Assembly (NCBI GenBank): GCA_964016885.1
Contig: OZ024741.1
Coordinates: 149,606,001 to 149,670,000, forward strand
DNA: 64,000 nt
Direction: 5' to 3'
DNA from: Eledone cirrhosa
Taxonomy: Eukaryota
A model generated the notes under the pieces. It did no database searches. It had not been told where the DNA came from and saw nothing but the letters and a program-made list of their open reading frames with translations. Every line of letters starts with the position of its first letter. The first letter of the stretch is position 1. The position numbers and the translations under genes are program-made. Below, one piece after another: positions 60,663 to 64,000 of this stretch.

Positions 60663-61554
60663 CGTATGATGATACACATACATATATGTGTATATGTATA
60701 CATATATATTATAATATATATGTATATATATAATGGTCACAACAATTGTAAGTCTGCTGAATGACCAAGGATATATACCTTACCACTGGGAGATTAACAA
60801 AGAAAGAAAAATATTAAGAAATAGGAAGGAAATGTGTAAGATTAAAAACAAAAAATTTAACTTATCCCTTTTTGTTTTACTAATTTAATTTTTATTTATT
60901 TACCGATAAAAAAAGCCCCAACCTCCTTCCCAATACAATATTAATAATGTTCATAAATCTATGATTACTGCCTTAACATCCATTATAAAAAAATAACATG
61001 GACAAAGACTAGTTCAATGGATGAATCCAATCATATTTTATGAAAAATGTCTTCTAAAGCAAAAAGCACTGTTACATTTTTCACTGAAGACAGTTGACTT
61101 CACATATGTTTTATCTTCCTTGTGAATGTAGGGATAGCAGTCTTAGTTTGTCACTATATAGTATGGACACACACACACACACATATATACATAACAAGAC
61201 AGACATTTCACTATTTTATAACACTTGGAAAGACATTTTAGCAATGTTGACAAAAAAAAAAGAAAACAAAAAATGCTATAAGTCTGAGTGTTGTTTTTTT
61301 TTTTTTTTTGACAATGATATATGTATATATATCTGTATGTATATGTATGTATATTATATATAACTACTCAATATACACCTTCCACTGACTCCTCTCACCC
61401 ACCACCTTCATTTCTGGAATAGCCCTGCTTTGTGCTCAATTATCATGGAAACCATGGTTGTTTGAAGTTTAAAAAAAGAAAATTATATATCTATATATGT
61501 ATATCATATACATATGTATGTATATCTCTCACTATATATGTGTATGTATGTATA

Positions 61555-61599
<45 letters not shown>

Positions 61600-63475
61600 A
61601 TCAATGTGTGTGTGTGTGTGTGTGTATGCATATCAATATATCTATATATGTATGCATATCAATATATCTATACATACGTACATATATGTATATTTATATA
61701 TCTTTGTAATAATAACATAATGTTGTATTTTACATTCACCTCGTAAAGTTGATGTACTCCTAGGAAATAAACAGTAGTATTCACTGGTCTGGTGAGTGCT
61801 ACTGAGATACTTTTATGGAATTCTTTGTATTTTTTTTCTTTTCGTGTAAGAAGTGTGTATCTGTGAATGTGTATTCTTTGGCATGGTGTTTAGAACTCCA
61901 TAACATCTTCAGCTGTCTCTCCAAACTTAAACACAATCGGCGGCATTTCTTTTCGATAGTTAAGTCATAAATAATAATTATAATAGTAGTTGTAGTTATG
62001 ATGATGATGATAATAATGGTGAAAAGAAAAAATGATAAATATAAGTTTCAAGATTATGCATGTAATAAGCATTATATTTTTCTAGTTGCCCTGCTACAAT
62101 TTGACTTAGGTTTGTAAAACAAATAAATTTAATGAAGAAAAATTTTTTTAAATAAATTGACAATTTATACTAGGTAATTGAAGTTTGAAACAAAAAATAT
62201 TAATTTTTCAGTTGAATTGAAAAAAGAAAAACTTATATTTAATGGTATATAAGACCTGGCCTTTTTAAAAAATAAAAAAATAAAAATAAAGTGCTCAAAA
62301 ATATCCAGATGTTATTTGGATATACCTGTATTTACAAAATTTATTGAAAATATCTTTGCTTTTTGAAACAGGTGAACTATGAATAACAGTAAAATAGGTT
62401 GGGTAAAATACCTCTGGAAACGGGGGCGAAGTAGACAATACTGCTTGTAGTAATTGAATCACGCATCAACTGTAATTGTTAAATATGGTCATCCAGAATA
62501 TGGCAGATTTATGGTTTGATTTTCGCAGGCAGTGCTGTTCATTTTACCCCCAATTTCCAGAGCTATTTGCCCAAATTATTGGACTATTATTTGTAGTTCA
62601 TCTGTATTTGGTAGATTTTCAAGCAGCAGGTGTATTTTCAAATTTCCCTAATACTTCATAAACAAACCAAATGCTGTACACAATTTATTTTAATTCTAAT
62701 TATTGTCTTTGGAGGTGCCATTAAATATAGTAGTTGGAAAGTTAAATGGTTTATTTAGTAACTTCATTAAAATGTTTTTCCTTTATTTAATTCCAAACTT
62801 TGAACAAAAAATAAAAAAAACAAAACTGGCAGTTTATTTTGGTATTGGACCTGTCTCTGGTATAATGGAATATCAGGAGAAAGTGTGAAAAAAAAACAGC
62901 TTTTGCTATCTTAGTAAGCTACAGGGACATTTTTCAACTGTGCCATCTTTGAAATTCAGAAAAGTTTTATAAGTGATATACTTTTCTTTGCTCACAACTT
63001 GTATACACTGGAACAAATGTACACGCATATTTTCACACAATCAATCACAGGAACAAGCAGATATTCACACCAACATATACACACTCATGCAGACAAACAT
63101 ACACTGATGTAAACACACTCAAACACAGAAAGTTACATATACAGATATACATACACACATTCACACCAGCAAACACCTCCAAGGTTGAAATTTCACTTTC
63201 AGGTAATTTTACTTGGATCATTTTTTTTTTTTTTCCCCTTTTCAAATCCTCAGTGTTTTTAATTAGAAATCTCCAAATGATTAATCCAACATGTTTTCAG
63301 AAAGCAAACTTGTAAAGTTTAATCAAGGTTGTTATTTTTTCTTTTCTTCTCATTTTTCTTTTACTTTTTCATTTCATTTTATTCATTAACCACCAAATTT
63401 AATTCATGAAAACACTTCAATTTATTTCAATAAAGAAAAATTGCAGGCGGGGAAGACAGAAGAAAATTATATATA

Positions 63476-63796
63476 CAGTGTACCCCCCTGCCATTCGCAG
63501 TCCCGGTTATTTGTGGAATTTTCCTTAGAATCTAACTAATAATTGTTTGTGGAAAACACTGCATATTCACAGAATCGTAAATATCTTCCACAATTTTGTT
63601 ATATATTTTAATGCTAAATTATTAATAACAATATACTGTATTTGCTGATGTTGGACGGTCACTGATCACTTAAGACGGTCCCTCTTTTTTATTATATTTT
63701 ATGTTATATTTTGATATTTATAGGCATTTTTATGGACCACATCCAATATTTGCGGTTATTCACTCTTGGCGTGTGCTCCAGGAACGTAACCCCCGT
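63476..63796. mobile_element. Tigger-like DNA transposon relic
   Basis: TA|CAGTGTACCCCCCTGCCATTCGC start and subterminal 'ggaacgtaacccccg'; right TIR incomplete. Confidence 0.55.
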
Positions 63797-64000
63797 CGCC
63801 CCATTTTTATAGTTTTAGCTAACTTGCCTTTTCATAAATTAACCAATATATGTTTTTAAAGTGAAATGTGGATACATACACATAACGTTTTAATAGTCTT
63901 TGTCATTAGACTGTTGCCATGCTGAGGTACTGCCTTGATTTATTGATCATTTTGACTTAATTGATTTATTATTGTTGAACCATTAAATTACAGGACATAC

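Overview
AT-rich, microsatellite-dense animal genomic DNA. The repeat repertoire (tRNA/CORE/Meta/Nin-domain SINEs, RTE LINEs with (GAT)n tails, long (TA)n tracts) suggests an octopus-like cephalopod; this is inference only. Two spliced host genes lie on the + strand: the last three coding exons of an HtrA2/Omi-like protease (2693-2810, 3222-3408, 14681-14849) and the first two coding exons of an NSD2/MMSET-like methyltransferase (PWWP1 + HMG box, 57247-59554). The 11.3-kb HtrA2 intron holds a young 5.6-kb RTE LINE with an 8-bp TSD, about 4.8 tandem ~390-bp 5' monomers, a PHD finger inside the RT and a SINE-like 3' UTR, nested in an older RTE. The most striking signal not shown by the ORF track is a set of non-coding fold-back elements, mostly in (TA)n tracts at 17-25.5 kb, plus one at 44 kb. 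They carry minimal type-I hammerhead ribozyme motifs from about four sequence families and resemble Penelope-like pseudo-LTRs or retrozymes. Also present are tandem non-autonomous Helitrons, hAT, Tigger and piggyBac-like MITEs, a CpG-rich fold-back at 31.7-32.2 kb and a 200-N assembly gap. All calls were made by eye; no alignment, folding or database search was run.
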